Source of the DNA: Candidatus Freyarchaeum deiterrae
Lineage (GTDB): Archaea; Asgardarchaeota; Jordiarchaeia; Jordiarchaeales; Jordiarchaeaceae
Length of the DNA: 64,000 nucleotides
Direction of reading: 5' to 3'
Assembly (NCBI GenBank): GCA_037305845.1
Contig: CP147778.1
Location: forward strand, 3,296,001 to 3,360,000
This document shows positions 19,844-30,066 of this stretch, one piece after another (position 1 is the stretch's first letter; each line of letters starts with the position of its first letter). Position numbers and translations under genes: made by a program. The notes below the pieces were generated by a model that worked only from the letters and a program-made list of their open reading frames with translations, ran no database searches and was not told the origin of the DNA.

Positions 19844-20623
19844 TTACACGATTTGTTCTCCGCAGTTCCAGCAGAACTTCGCCTTTCCTTCAACTTTTTT
19901 CCCGCAGTTAGGACACCTTTTTTTACTCTGAAACTTCTCCGGCGCAATAATGATGAACCCTGACATTACGACTGCCAGAATACCTCCGATTAGTGCAACC
20001 ATGCTTGTCAAACTGAATCCACCTATAGCTTGAAGAGCGTTAAAGCTGTTAAGCAAAAGCAGCTCAGCTATGAATGTTGAATCAAAGCTACCAATCAGTA
20101 AACCTCTTGATACAACGAGATCCAGAATGCTTGTCGATCCCATAACTGGGAAGGCAATGTAAAGCCCGAGCAGGAATAACTCTGCTACAAGAATAATGTA
20201 GACCAGCCAGAGACCGACGACATTTATTCTTCTGTTCTCGAATCTTGGTTCTATAGTATGTGTCCAGAGTTCTACTATTCCTAAGGTGGAGAATTCCCAC
20301 ACAAATGCTAGAACTGTGAAGGTGTATCCATGTCCCGCTACCGTTTCAAAGATAAAAAAAAGCAAACAAACTATGGTTACAATGATCCAGGGGGCTAATT
20401 TTTGGGCAAGACTCTTCTTTTTAGGTGTTCCGAGGTCCTTTATTGTGTTTTTGACAATTCTGGCTTCAGGTATTCTCCCCTTCTGGTCCTCAAGGGCGTC
20501 CATTATGTGCGACTTGAGAGTTTTGAGTACTTCCTGTCTACGCGTCTTGCTTACGTCGGTCATGCTCTTATCGACTTTTTTCAGGTAATTCTCTATCATG
20601 GTTTCGGCTTCTTTGCTCGCCAC
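19844..20623 (-). CDS. HAAS-like N-terminal domain membrane protein with C-terminal zinc ribbon
   Basis: IENYLKKV..........EVLKTLKSHI.D.........IKDLGTP (HAAS/DUF1700 pattern), TM helices and CPNCG...AKFCWNCG. Directly after padR. Confidence 0.8.
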   Translation of the reverse strand: MASKEAETMIENYLKKVDKSMTDVSKTRRQEVLKTLKSHIMDALEDQKGRIPEARIVKNTIKDLGTPKKKSLAQKLAPWIIVTIVCLLFFIFETVAGHGYTFTVLAFVWEFSTLGIVELWTHTIEPRFENRRINVVGLWLVYIILVAELFLLGLYIAFPVMGSTSILDLVVSRGLLIGSFDSTFIAELLLLNSFNALQAIGGFSLTSMVALIGGILAVVMSGFIIIAPEKFQSKKRCPNCGKKVEGKAKFCWNCGEQIV

Positions 20624-20989
20624 TTATTTCACCTCTTTCTCTTTCAAGATTAGAGAATTTATCAGGGTCGTAAAGTTTCTCCATTCTTCCCTCAGCCCTG
20701 CGAGCACCTGTCTTCCGGTATCAGTGATTGCATAGTATTTTCTGGGATGCCCCTGTTCGAACTCCGCCCATCTTGACTCTATCAGATTGTTATACGCAAG
20801 TCTCTGCAGTATGGGATATATGGTACTTGAGCTGACAGGAATGCTGCCCTCTTTGAGGCGATTTATCAGAGCGTAGCCATGGACTTCATTTTCCTCAACA
20901 CTGGCTAGAACAGCGAGTTCAAGAATTCCCTTCCTCAGTTGCCTTTTCCAGTTCTCAACTAGGTCCTGAGGGATAGATTTTTTAGACAT
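20624..20989 (-). CDS. PadR family transcriptional regulator
   Basis: QLRKGILEL.VL, HGY, TIYPILQRL and RKYYAITD.G motifs. Confidence 0.95.
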   Translation of the reverse strand: MSKKSIPQDLVENWKRQLRKGILELAVLASVEENEVHGYALINRLKEGSIPVSSSTIYPILQRLAYNNLIESRWAEFEQGHPRKYYAITDTGRQVLAGLREEWRNFTTLINSLILKEKEVK

Positions 20990-21008
20990 TTTTAAACACC
21001 TAACGACA

Positions 21009-21055
21009 TATTATGTATTACGATATATTATAAGAATATGTCGCATTACGATGTA
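21009..21055. promoter_or_regulatory. Two imperfect palindromes, candidate PadR autoregulatory operators
   Basis: tattatgtattacgatata and tatgtcgcattacgatgta share ATTACGAT(A/G)TA. They lie between the padR start and its TATA-like tttaaa (~21056). Confidence 0.55.
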
Positions 21056-21279
21056 TTTAAATCTTTTCACCAAAACCCACACCCTTCAGAACCATAATTC
21101 AAAGACTTCAGAAAAAAGAGCAACTCAATAGAAAAAAATGCATAGCAAAACCCACTTCCCCTACTTGCATCTATTTTAAACTCTAATGATTTATGGAAAG
21201 TTTAAGTTAACATAAAAATTTATAAATTTTAAAGATAACATTATTATACTCTCTTATATCGAACTTGAGGTAAACTCAA

Positions 21280-22770
21280 ATGAGTAAATCCAAATCCAAA
21301 ACTAAAGTTGAAGGCGAATACCATGTTTACAGACGGCGCTGGGCGGTTTTAGCCTCTTATTGTCTAGTCTTCTTCACAGCACAACTTCTATGGATTGAAT
21401 TTACTGCAATAACACAAACAGTGAGTTTCGCTTACGGGCCTTTCGCAGACCAGAGTTTAATCTCGCTCTTAACCATAGAAGGTCCCCTAGTGTCATTCGT
21501 GCTTTCCTTCCCGTTCGGAGCAGCCATTGATAAGTGGGGGTGGAAGAACCCCCTAGGAGTGACAGCAGTATCCCTCGCGGTGATAGGGATTTTGAGGTCT
21601 TTCGCACCAACCCTCTTAATTCTCCTAATTAGCCAAATAGCAATAACAACCGTGGGTCTTTTCGCGTTTAACGGTATATCAAAACTCACAACTCAGTGGT
21701 TTCCGTTCCATGAAGGGGCAACAGCTCAAGGAATAGGGACGCTATCCCAATTTGTCGGTCTAATGGTTCCCCTAGCTCTTTCACCTGTACTAGTAAACAT
21801 GTTAGGTAATCCACTACTGAATCCCTTTGAAAGCCTAAGAGAAACTAGTCTAATTTACGGCTTTATCGCGGTCGCGGTCGCTGTAATATTCTTTGCAGTT
21901 GCCAGAGAGAGGCCCCCAAAGCCACCAGAACAGAGAGTGGAGGAAGAGACGGTATCCCTGAGGAAGGGTTTCTCACGAATACTAAGAGTAGGGCAATTCT
22001 GGGTGCTATCCGCAGTTTTCTTATGCGGGTTCGCAATTTACTTGGGTTTAACAACCTGGATAACGAATATAATTTCCTCGAATGAACCCACCTTCCAGAA
22101 ATTCTTAGAGCTATACTCCGCACAAACAAACCCTTATGCTGTACCGTTCCTACTTTCCCAATCACAGGTTCAGGGTGGATTAGTAGCGGCTCTAATCACT
22201 CTCGGCGGAATCCTCGGCTGCTTGGTTCTACCTGCCATATCCGATAGGATAAACAGAAGGAAAATCTTTATGGCAATCGCAGCAATCCCCGCATTTATCC
22301 TTGTTTACATTATAGGAATGACCAATACCAGTGTAATGTTGACAATACCCGGGGTAAATATATCAATTTCAGTCGTAATGATAGCAGCGTTCCTTCTCGG
22401 ATTCTTCCTACTCTCCGCTTTACCAGTCGCTTTCCAGATGGCTATGGAAACAAAGGCAATCGGCCCCATGTTAGCCGGTCTAGCCGTAGGAGGACTGTTC
22501 ACCTTCGGAAACCTAGGCGGCACTATAGGTCCCCTCGTCATGCAATTCTTCCAAACCTCTTCTCTAACCAATACTTTGTCACAGTTACTCTACTGGCAAA
22601 ACTACATAACAATAATCAGCCAAGCCTGGTGGTTTACTCTAATCCCCAGTACCCCCATTGTTCTACCAGGATCCTTCTACATGGCTATACTCTTCATAGT
22701 GATAGTAGGACTGGCAGCAATTGCAGCGGTTGCACTTCTCAAAGATACTCACGCCGAAACAAAAACCTAA
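21280..22770 (+). CDS. MFS transporter
   Basis: YRRRW N-terminus, G.AIDKWG.K and SDRINRRK loop motifs, WFP..E.ATA.G; about 12 TM segments. Confidence 0.92.
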   Translation: MSKSKSKTKVEGEYHVYRRRWAVLASYCLVFFTAQLLWIEFTAITQTVSFAYGPFADQSLISLLTIEGPLVSFVLSFPFGAAIDKWGWKNPLGVTAVSLAVIGILRSFAPTLLILLISQIAITTVGLFAFNGISKLTTQWFPFHEGATAQGIGTLSQFVGLMVPLALSPVLVNMLGNPLLNPFESLRETSLIYGFIAVAVAVIFFAVARERPPKPPEQRVEEETVSLRKGFSRILRVGQFWVLSAVFLCGFAIYLGLTTWITNIISSNEPTFQKFLELYSAQTNPYAVPFLLSQSQVQGGLVAALITLGGILGCLVLPAISDRINRRKIFMAIAAIPAFILVYIIGMTNTSVMLTIPGVNISISVVMIAAFLLGFFLLSALPVAFQMAMETKAIGPMLAGLAVGGLFTFGNLGGTIGPLVMQFFQTSSLTNTLSQLLYWQNYITIISQAWWFTLIPSTPIVLPGSFYMAILFIVIVGLAAIAAVALLKDTHAETKT

Positions 22771-22846
22771 ACCCCCCCAGCAACAAAAAACATCTCCTCC
22801 CTTTTTTTTATTCTAAAGCCAATAAAACTAGTTCCTTCACACATTT

Positions 22847-23515
22847 TCATGCGTTACTCTGTTTTTTTCTACCCACAATCGTGTACATTATTCCTCCCCT
22901 GACATCTTCGATGCTGAAATGCTCTTTTTCTAACAATTGTTTCATCTCGCTGAGGGAACGCCATTTACGCGTTTGGAAATGTCCTCTTGCGTGCTTTAAT
23001 CCAGCCCTAAGAGCAAAAGAAACAAAAAACAAATTGGTTTTCCATTTTGGATATTCACTGTTCGAGTCTCTAACTATAAAAATACCCTCTTCTTTCAACA
23101 CTCGGTGTATCTCTTTGATGCCTTTTTTCAAGTCTCCCCACTCATGCACGCTGTCCAGACTCACTATAACATCCACATTTTCATCAGCTAGAGGAATTTT
23201 CTCAGCAGACCCAATTTTTACGCCGAAATCTTTAATTCCCCACTCCGCAGCCTTGTTTTTCGCGATTTCCAACATGCTATCAGAAGGATCCATACAAATA
23301 ATTTTGTAACGATTCTTTATCTTCTTAATTTCGAAGGAGAGCAGTCCTGGCCCGCTACCTAAATCTAAAACAGTCAATTTATCATTAGGTTTGTATTTCT
23401 CAACGTATTCAACTATCTCACGTGCGAATGGTTCGTATACTCTTTTAGTAACTTTGCTTCTTCTCTTAAAGTAGAGTTCTGCTCTTTCTTTTGTCCATTG
23501 GTGTTCTTCTCCCAT
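22847..23515 (-). CDS. Class I SAM-dependent methyltransferase (UbiE-like)
   Basis: VLDLGSGPG, D.S..ML, AEKIPL.D..VD and EIHRVLK.EG motifs. Confidence 0.92.
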   Translation of the reverse strand: MGEEHQWTKERAELYFKRRSKVTKRVYEPFAREIVEYVEKYKPNDKLTVLDLGSGPGLLSFEIKKIKNRYKIICMDPSDSMLEIAKNKAAEWGIKDFGVKIGSAEKIPLADENVDVIVSLDSVHEWGDLKKGIKEIHRVLKEEGIFIVRDSNSEYPKWKTNLFFVSFALRAGLKHARGHFQTRKWRSLSEMKQLLEKEHFSIEDVRGGIMYTIVGRKKQSNA

Positions 23516-24052
23516 TATTAATCCTCCTCAGGGGTAGGCGAAGGCAATCAATTAATTTTTGTTATCGAAGTTTCTTGTGGTATATGAAAATAATGTGAAA
23601 AGGTTATATTTATTATGTTATGCAATGGTAAGGATGATTCGTTTTCAAAAAATGGGCTGGAAACTTGGGTATAGGTAGTTCATTTAAAGGATGAGTTTTT
23701 ACCGGTTTTGATTTCCCTAATATTTGCCAACTTTTATATTAACTAACTTCGAGAGCGTACGCTCTGCCATTTTTGCCACTTATAAAGTTCTTTACTAAAA
23801 ATATGTGAATATAGTGCAGTTGCAATTAACTCTTATAATTTATAACATAATTCAGCGGAAAAATAATAAAAAATAATAACAAGTTTTATTAAATAGATAA
23901 ACAACAAACAAAACAATAAAGGAAAATACACGACAAAATCAACAAATATGGTAAAAACATTTTTAAATAAAAAAGGCGCCAAATCTCTCAGGAAGGGTTC
24001 CAATTATATAAACTATGGAGGGCTAAGAAAAACAGTCAGCAGGAGATAGTTT

Positions 24053-27000
24053 ATGAAAAAGAGGGGAATACTAGTAATCATAATGATTCTTCTTCTAACA
24101 ATTTCGACACTTGTTGTACTTTCCGCATCAAACTCGAACTTTTCACCAATATTCCTAAACTCCCCCCAAAATAACATAGGAATAAGCACAAAATCATACA
24201 GCGGAAGCGGAACCCAGTTAAACGCAACACTCTACATAACAAACACTTACAATAATACACCGAATGCCACAAACACAATCTCCAATATATATGTTCCATC
24301 CCCTAGCGGTTGGGAAATCCTCAGGTCAAATCTGACTCTTTCTAATATTACTGCCCCAAATACAACCCTAGCATCGAATTACACCACTACTAACGCTACT
24401 TTGGATCTTAGCAATTTAACTGCGATGTCATTCCAACTGACAAACAATGCCTATCTGGACAATATCAGCGCTCAATTGAATGCAACTAATCCACCACCCA
24501 CTGCGAACTTTTATGTTTACAGTGCAGCCAATAACGGTGGGAAACCAATACCACTGCTTTTGATTGCATCCAACACTAGTGGTATTTCAATTCCAAGTGG
24601 AAATACTTGGGTTAATGCTAGCTTCGGACATCAATTTTTGAATATTTCGACAACATATAACAACACCTTTTTCATAGGCATTTGGCAGAGTTCGGGCCCT
24701 AAGGCTCCTCTGTGGAATGCTGTACAAGAATCTTCACCCCCTGGGAATGGATATGTTTACAATAATACTGGCTCAAGTTGGGTAGAAGTCCAAAATTATG
24801 ACTGTCAACTCGTAGTTAACGTTAGTGCAAGTAATAATACGCCAGCTGATAGTGCCTTCCCCTCAGAGATAGGATTAACCATTAACGGTTCACCGGTTCA
24901 GAATAGCAGTAAGGGTAACGGAGTATGGATTAATAGTACCGCAACTTCTGGCACAAATGGGTACGTTTTTTATGATGTGAATTCAACTTGGATGTCTACT
25001 GTGAGTTTCTCTTACATTTGGAATATTACTATGAGCAGGAATGCATCTGTTAGTGCACTCACTAATTTTTATGTTAGCCTTAATACTGGTGCTTCTTGGA
25101 ATATTACTGTGAATGCTGCTGGTAGTGACGGCTTCCCGCTGACCAATGGTGCTAATCACATAAACATCACAGGGACTCCCTCAGACTGGAATTTTACAAA
25201 TTCGATGGTTTATAACGTGTCTGGCAGCCAGTGGATTAATCTTGATTCTCGCCCACCTGATAATATCAGTTTCACTGCCGGTAATGGTACTTGGATTGTG
25301 AACTGCACAGCTCCTAACTATGTTTCCAGCATAGGCTTTTGGGTTGGTGGGGTTCCGGTTGCAAACGCGACCCTATACGACAACCTTAATATTACGGTGA
25401 ACTTTGCTGCCTTGGTTAACGGTTCCGCTAACCTAAGCATCTACGATTCATTTCAGATTCTGAATCATACGGAGGTAAAAACTGTAACTTCTTCTTCAAG
25501 CACTTGGTTTACTTGGAATGTTAGTAATAATGCCACTTCCACTGGACCATATAATGTAACCATCAGTTTTAAGGATGGATCGGTAGTCGGATACAATGAA
25601 ACATCTCTTTTGATTGTGCCTCTAACGAATACTTCTCTCGCCGTGACCAGTTATCCGCCCAACGTTGAGTACCCTGGCCCTGTTCCCATAACTCTTTACT
25701 ATAACAATACGGATAACAATAGCGGTGTAGCGGGGGCAACTATCACTGCCTATTTCACAAACTCAACATCCGCAACGATTCAGGGGCTTATCACTGATTA
25801 TGGAAACGGCACTTACAGTCTTAATTTAAATTTCAGTACAGACATTGGCATCCTTAGCGTGAAGTTCAATGCTAGCAATGTAAGACTCTTCAACTCGAGT
25901 GTTTCCAGTCCAATCCAGGTTAACTATACGCAGGCATTGGTTAGTATTCAGCAGTTGAGTACACCTTCAAGTGTTCCACTTGGTACCAGCTTGGTGGTTG
26001 AGGCTCAGCTATTGTATAATTCCAGCGGTCTTCCTGTTGCTGTTGGTGAGACTGTTTATTTCAATTTTTCAGTGAGATTTGGTGACAATTCAAGCACAAT
26101 TCTTCCAAGTAGTGGCCCAACTAATAGTACGGGTTGGGCAAAAGGTACTATTCAGGTGCCAAGTAATGCTGTTGAGCTAAATGTCACTGCTTATTACATC
26201 GGTAAAACTACCGTTTCTGGAGCAACAAGTTCTACGAACTCCGTTACTTTAACAAGTGCTCCGGTTAACCCCCCGGATACTGGTTTAGCTGCGTTGATGT
26301 TTCTTATTCTGACGCAGCAGAATCAGAACTCTCTGCTTTATCCTATTCTGGGGGTTGTAATCGGCTCTGTAGTAGCGGTTTTCGTGATAACTGATAGAGC
26401 GCGTAGGAAACACGAGGTTCCTCTAAAGGCTTTGGCTAGTCTTGAGAATATTATTGTGGATCACATTCTCAGCGGCGTCACAATTTGGGCTTTTGACTTC
26501 TTAAAGATGGAACAGGACGCAGTTCTGGTTTCTGGTTTCATGTCAGCGGTCAAGTCCTTCTTGGGAGAGATGAAGAAGGGCGGTCTGAGGAAATTGGAGA
26601 CAGAGTTTGGAACATTCATTAGAGAGGATGGAGAACTTCTGACCGTTACTTGTATCACAAGTGGTAGCACTCAAGAGGAAGAGAAATGGATCAGAGAAAA
26701 GCTGCACAGCTTCGTGGCAACTGCCGAGCAGCAAAACTGGGACAGACTCGTGAACTGGAGTGGCGAAGTTTCACACTTCAGATCGAAATTCTTGAAGACC
26801 CTGTCATCGTTGATCGATTTAGAGAAGGCGGAGCAGCTTCAGAGAGAGAAGGTTCTAAAAATACTTAAGGAAAGAGAGCGTCTTCAGGCGGAGCTCAATA
26901 ATCTGGGTTCAAAGCTGGAAACTCTTAACCAGCAACTCTCCGGAGGGATAATTGGCGAAGGGGAGTTTGAAGCTCGGAGGACCGAGATAGAACCGAAGTA

Positions 27001-27268
27001 CGACAAAATTCAGATGGACTACGTCCGTGCCAGTATCCTTCTATCAAAGATACCCTACACACTAGAAACTGTGTGGGAGACACCGAAAACCCATGAGGAA
27101 ATAGAAAAGATAAGGGACAAATTCATTGAAATCACCATGGAGATAGATTCGCTGCAAAGGAAAGAGCAAATAGGCCGCATAAGTTCCAAAGAATTAAAAC
27201 ATAAAGAAAATCTTAGGAAGGAGCTAACGGCTCTCATAGAAAAACTGGATAAAAGGCAAGCAGAATAA
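24053..27268 (+). CDS. Receptor-like membrane protein: signal peptide, sequon-rich beta ectodomain, TM region, cytoplasmic longin-like domain, coiled coil with two SHOCT-like motifs
   Basis: MKKRG + hydrophobic leader; dense N-x-S/T; TM LLYPILGVVIGSVVAVFVI; IIVDH..SGVTIW.FDF...LVSGFMSAVKSF..EM longin-like pattern; G.I.EGEFEARR and GRISSKE. Confidence 0.8.
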   Translation: MKKRGILVIIMILLLTISTLVVLSASNSNFSPIFLNSPQNNIGISTKSYSGSGTQLNATLYITNTYNNTPNATNTISNIYVPSPSGWEILRSNLTLSNITAPNTTLASNYTTTNATLDLSNLTAMSFQLTNNAYLDNISAQLNATNPPPTANFYVYSAANNGGKPIPLLLIASNTSGISIPSGNTWVNASFGHQFLNISTTYNNTFFIGIWQSSGPKAPLWNAVQESSPPGNGYVYNNTGSSWVEVQNYDCQLVVNVSASNNTPADSAFPSEIGLTINGSPVQNSSKGNGVWINSTATSGTNGYVFYDVNSTWMSTVSFSYIWNITMSRNASVSALTNFYVSLNTGASWNITVNAAGSDGFPLTNGANHINITGTPSDWNFTNSMVYNVSGSQWINLDSRPPDNISFTAGNGTWIVNCTAPNYVSSIGFWVGGVPVANATLYDNLNITVNFAALVNGSANLSIYDSFQILNHTEVKTVTSSSSTWFTWNVSNNATSTGPYNVTISFKDGSVVGYNETSLLIVPLTNTSLAVTSYPPNVEYPGPVPITLYYNNTDNNSGVAGATITAYFTNSTSATIQGLITDYGNGTYSLNLNFSTDIGILSVKFNASNVRLFNSSVSSPIQVNYTQALVSIQQLSTPSSVPLGTSLVVEAQLLYNSSGLPVAVGETVYFNFSVRFGDNSSTILPSSGPTNSTGWAKGTIQVPSNAVELNVTAYYIGKTTVSGATSSTNSVTLTSAPVNPPDTGLAALMFLILTQQNQNSLLYPILGVVIGSVVAVFVITDRARRKHEVPLKALASLENIIVDHILSGVTIWAFDFLKMEQDAVLVSGFMSAVKSFLGEMKKGGLRKLETEFGTFIREDGELLTVTCITSGSTQEEEKWIREKLHSFVATAEQQNWDRLVNWSGEVSHFRSKFLKTLSSLIDLEKAEQLQREKVLKILKERERLQAELNNLGSKLETLNQQLSGGIIGEGEFEARRTEIEPKYDKIQMDYVRASILLSKIPYTLETVWETPKTHEEIEKIRDKFIEITMEIDSLQRKEQIGRISSKELKHKENLRKELTALIEKLDKRQAE

Positions 27269-27348
27269 TTAAGCCTTTTCTAACTTAATTTCTAATTTTT
27301 CTTCTTTTTTGAGAATGTATCTTCTTGTATTAAAGCTAGTAGTTATTT

Positions 27349-28779
27349 TCAGGTATTCATTATTTTCGGGCCGAATGGGCAGGAAACATCAGGTCCCAGC
27401 CAGTCTCCACCAGTTATGTACGCAGTGTATCTGCAACCGCCGCATATACTCTTGTATGTGCATTTTTTACAAGCACCTTTTAGCTCCTTTCGGTTTCTTA
27501 TGTAATTTAGTACTTCGTTGTGCATCCAGATCTCTTCCAAGCTCTGTTCAAGAAGGTTTCCCAATTTTATTGGGGCGGGGACACAGGGAAGCAGGTCTCC
27601 AGAAGCGGTGAGCCCCGCGTAGGTTAAGCCGGTCGAGCATCCACTAAAGCCTGCTGCAAGCTTTCTCACAATTTTGGAAACTTCAAGTCCAAATTTATCT
27701 TGAAACATTTTTTCGTGTCCTGATAAAGCTTCACTCACTGTGAGGATTTCACCATTTGAACGCTCGTGACATAGACGAGCATAGTAGGTCATTCCCCGAG
27801 CATAACACTGAATACCAAACCCGTTAACCACGCTTTCATGAAATTTTTTGTATATCGCTTCAAGTGCTCTTATCTTCTCCTTAGGCTTCACGTCAAGGTA
27901 CATTGCGTCGCATCCACGACCAGCAGGTATAAGCCGATTCAAATAGAATCTGGTCACACCAAGTTTCTCCGCCAAATCCATGGTCTCTTCCACCTCGTTA
28001 ACATTCTCACTGTACAGAGTCATGGTGGTGGCCAGCTCGTCAAAGCCCACAGAGGCGCAATTTCTTATTCCCTGAATCGTGGCTTCAAAGCTCCCGGGCC
28101 TGTTTCTCAGGAAATCATGAGTCGCAGGTCTCGCGCCGTCTAAACCTATTTCTACCCGTTTAATACCTGTCTCAGCCAGTCTTTTCGCTGTCTCAGGAGT
28201 CATCATGGTACCATTGGATGCTATTGTGCAAAGCATGCCGCAGTCGTATGCTCTTTTAATCACGTCGAAGATGTCCTTGCGTAGTAGCGGTTCTCCTCCA
28301 GAAAAGGTGAGTATAGCTACTCCTGCGTCGCTCATGTTGTCTACAACCTTGAAGGCTTGAGAAGTAGTTAATTCAGGATGTGAGGAAGCTGGTGAGGAGT
28401 CTTGATGGCAGTGAAGGCAGTTGAGGTTGCATCTATTAGTGAAATTCCAAACAATAGTTATTGGGGCACCGCAGGGCTGTGGATCCCTTAATCCAAAATT
28501 CGCAACACCCTTCACCACGCTGAGCATACACTTACGGATTAGCGAATCTTCCAGCAACCGTTTCACGGTGTTACTATCAATTCCCAGACGGAAGAATATT
28601 AGGCGAATTAGGGGCCTTAGAGCCGTTGATGTTAACAAGCAACTTTCACAGACTGAGTGCCCATTTTTTGAATATTCGTCAAAGACTGAAAGTAATCGTT
28701 CCTGCCCACATTTCTCACAATTACCTGTCAAATAGTGTGAAAGAGCTTTCCAAACAGGGTTAAAAACACTATATTTCAT
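27349..28779 (-). CDS. Radical SAM/SPASM domain protein (NirJ/AhbC/PqqE-like)
   Basis: WNFTNRCNLNCLHC, FSGGEP, and SPASM cysteines GC.TG...PC...CKKC....ICGGC...C; additional N-terminal CxxC pairs. Confidence 0.92.
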   Translation of the reverse strand: MKYSVFNPVWKALSHYLTGNCEKCGQERLLSVFDEYSKNGHSVCESCLLTSTALRPLIRLIFFRLGIDSNTVKRLLEDSLIRKCMLSVVKGVANFGLRDPQPCGAPITIVWNFTNRCNLNCLHCHQDSSPASSHPELTTSQAFKVVDNMSDAGVAILTFSGGEPLLRKDIFDVIKRAYDCGMLCTIASNGTMMTPETAKRLAETGIKRVEIGLDGARPATHDFLRNRPGSFEATIQGIRNCASVGFDELATTMTLYSENVNEVEETMDLAEKLGVTRFYLNRLIPAGRGCDAMYLDVKPKEKIRALEAIYKKFHESVVNGFGIQCYARGMTYYARLCHERSNGEILTVSEALSGHEKMFQDKFGLEVSKIVRKLAAGFSGCSTGLTYAGLTASGDLLPCVPAPIKLGNLLEQSLEEIWMHNEVLNYIRNRKELKGACKKCTYKSICGGCRYTAYITGGDWLGPDVSCPFGPKIMNT

Positions 28780-29032
28780 GTTTATTTCTGTCCCCTTAAA
28801 TTAAGCCTTTGAGGGCGTGAAAATGATTCCAGGTAGACTTGTTACAATTTTTTAGGAGAATTAAAACATTTCTATTACGGCTGGACCGCTATCCTTGTAA
28901 CGCTAGCTCTTTCTCTGCAATCCGTAGAATCTATATTTTCCAATTAATCTTCTTAGAATCAGAAATTTTAGGGACTGCAATCACAAATCAGTATTCGATA
29001 TGGGAATAGTTGGCCTGTTACTGCAATAGAAT

Positions 29033-29980
29033 TTATGTGCTTAAGTCGAGAGATAGGGTTTGTAAACATTTTGCTTCTACTAGATCCGATATCGCATTTT
29101 TGAGGATTCCCAACATTTTTTCTCTATTTTTCGGGTCGGTGGCAACTAATCCATATGCTTTTATTCCTATTTGTTTCTCGATTGCCTCTGGAGGGACTGC
29201 GTCTGGTAAATCCTGCTTGTTCGCTACTAATATGACGATTACATCTGGTTTCTCAGTTTTAACCATTTGTAATATTCCTTTAGTTTCCGTTAGGCTTTCA
29301 GCTTTTGAGTCGGTAACAAGTATTGCCACGTCGGCTCCCTCAAGAAAGGGTTGCCAGAGTTTCCTGTAACGAGGCTGGCCCGAAAAGTCCCAAAAAACAA
29401 GTCTCGTGTCCTTGGGTTCAAAATCGAACTCTTTGACATCCACTCCGACCGTTGGAACATAGGCGAAATTCGGTTCTTCTCCTATAATGAGTTTTAGGAG
29501 TGAAGTTTTTCCAACTCCCCCCCGACCGAGGATCGCCATTTTAAAGAAGGGAAACAAAATCTCATCCACCGTCTGTCCAAATTGCTCAAAAATATTTTCT
29601 ACGACTTTTTCCTCTGTCTCTTTATCTGTCTCCTTCTGTTCCACCGCATTCTCTACTTTCTCCACTTTTGAAGCCTTCTTAAGGAGTTTGAATTCTTTCT
29701 GTAATTTTATGAGTTTGTTTGAGACGTACATTTCGTCTTCGTTTTTGTCTGTACACAATAAGAAGATTACATCCTCAAAGAGGGAGTAAGCATATTTCAG
29801 GTTTTCAATACTTATACATTCGATTCTTTCGGTCTGGTCAATGTTTTGTATAAAGGCTGCTAACTCTTTAATAAAATGGGATACGAGTTCATGGTCAAGT
29901 TTAAGTTCTCCGTAAAACTTTTTGAAGAGCTCCGTTCCAGACTTTTCGAGAATGAATACTCCATATATCACTTTCCTCAC
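29033..29980 (-). CDS. Longin-domain / Arf-like small GTPase fusion, copy 1 (true start may be the GTG 9 nt downstream)
   Basis: N-terminal VIYGVFILEKSG..LF.KFY (adaptin-sigma/SRX-like longin); G1 GRGGVGKTS, G2 PTVG, G3 WDFSGQ, G4 ANKQDLPDA. Confidence 0.88.
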   Translation of the reverse strand: MRKVIYGVFILEKSGTELFKKFYGELKLDHELVSHFIKELAAFIQNIDQTERIECISIENLKYAYSLFEDVIFLLCTDKNEDEMYVSNKLIKLQKEFKLLKKASKVEKVENAVEQKETDKETEEKVVENIFEQFGQTVDEILFPFFKMAILGRGGVGKTSLLKLIIGEEPNFAYVPTVGVDVKEFDFEPKDTRLVFWDFSGQPRYRKLWQPFLEGADVAILVTDSKAESLTETKGILQMVKTEKPDVIVILVANKQDLPDAVPPEAIEKQIGIKAYGLVATDPKNREKMLGILKNAISDLVEAKCLQTLSLDLST

Positions 29981-30066
29981 TTCCGAAAATTTTTAACATT
30001 TATTTGTAAGAGTTCCCTCTTTAGGGGCGGGGTAGTTGACCTGTTAGTGGCAATATAATTTATGTA

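Noticed and set aside
22629-23309. 226 aa + strand ORF and the many other short overlapping ORFs in the track
   Set aside because: They are antisense or off-frame shadows of well-supported genes.
27349-28779. Activating enzyme for the glycyl radical enzyme
   Set aside because: It has a SPASM architecture, lacks the GCPLRC.WC.NPE-type motif of GRE activases, and lies 20 kb away.
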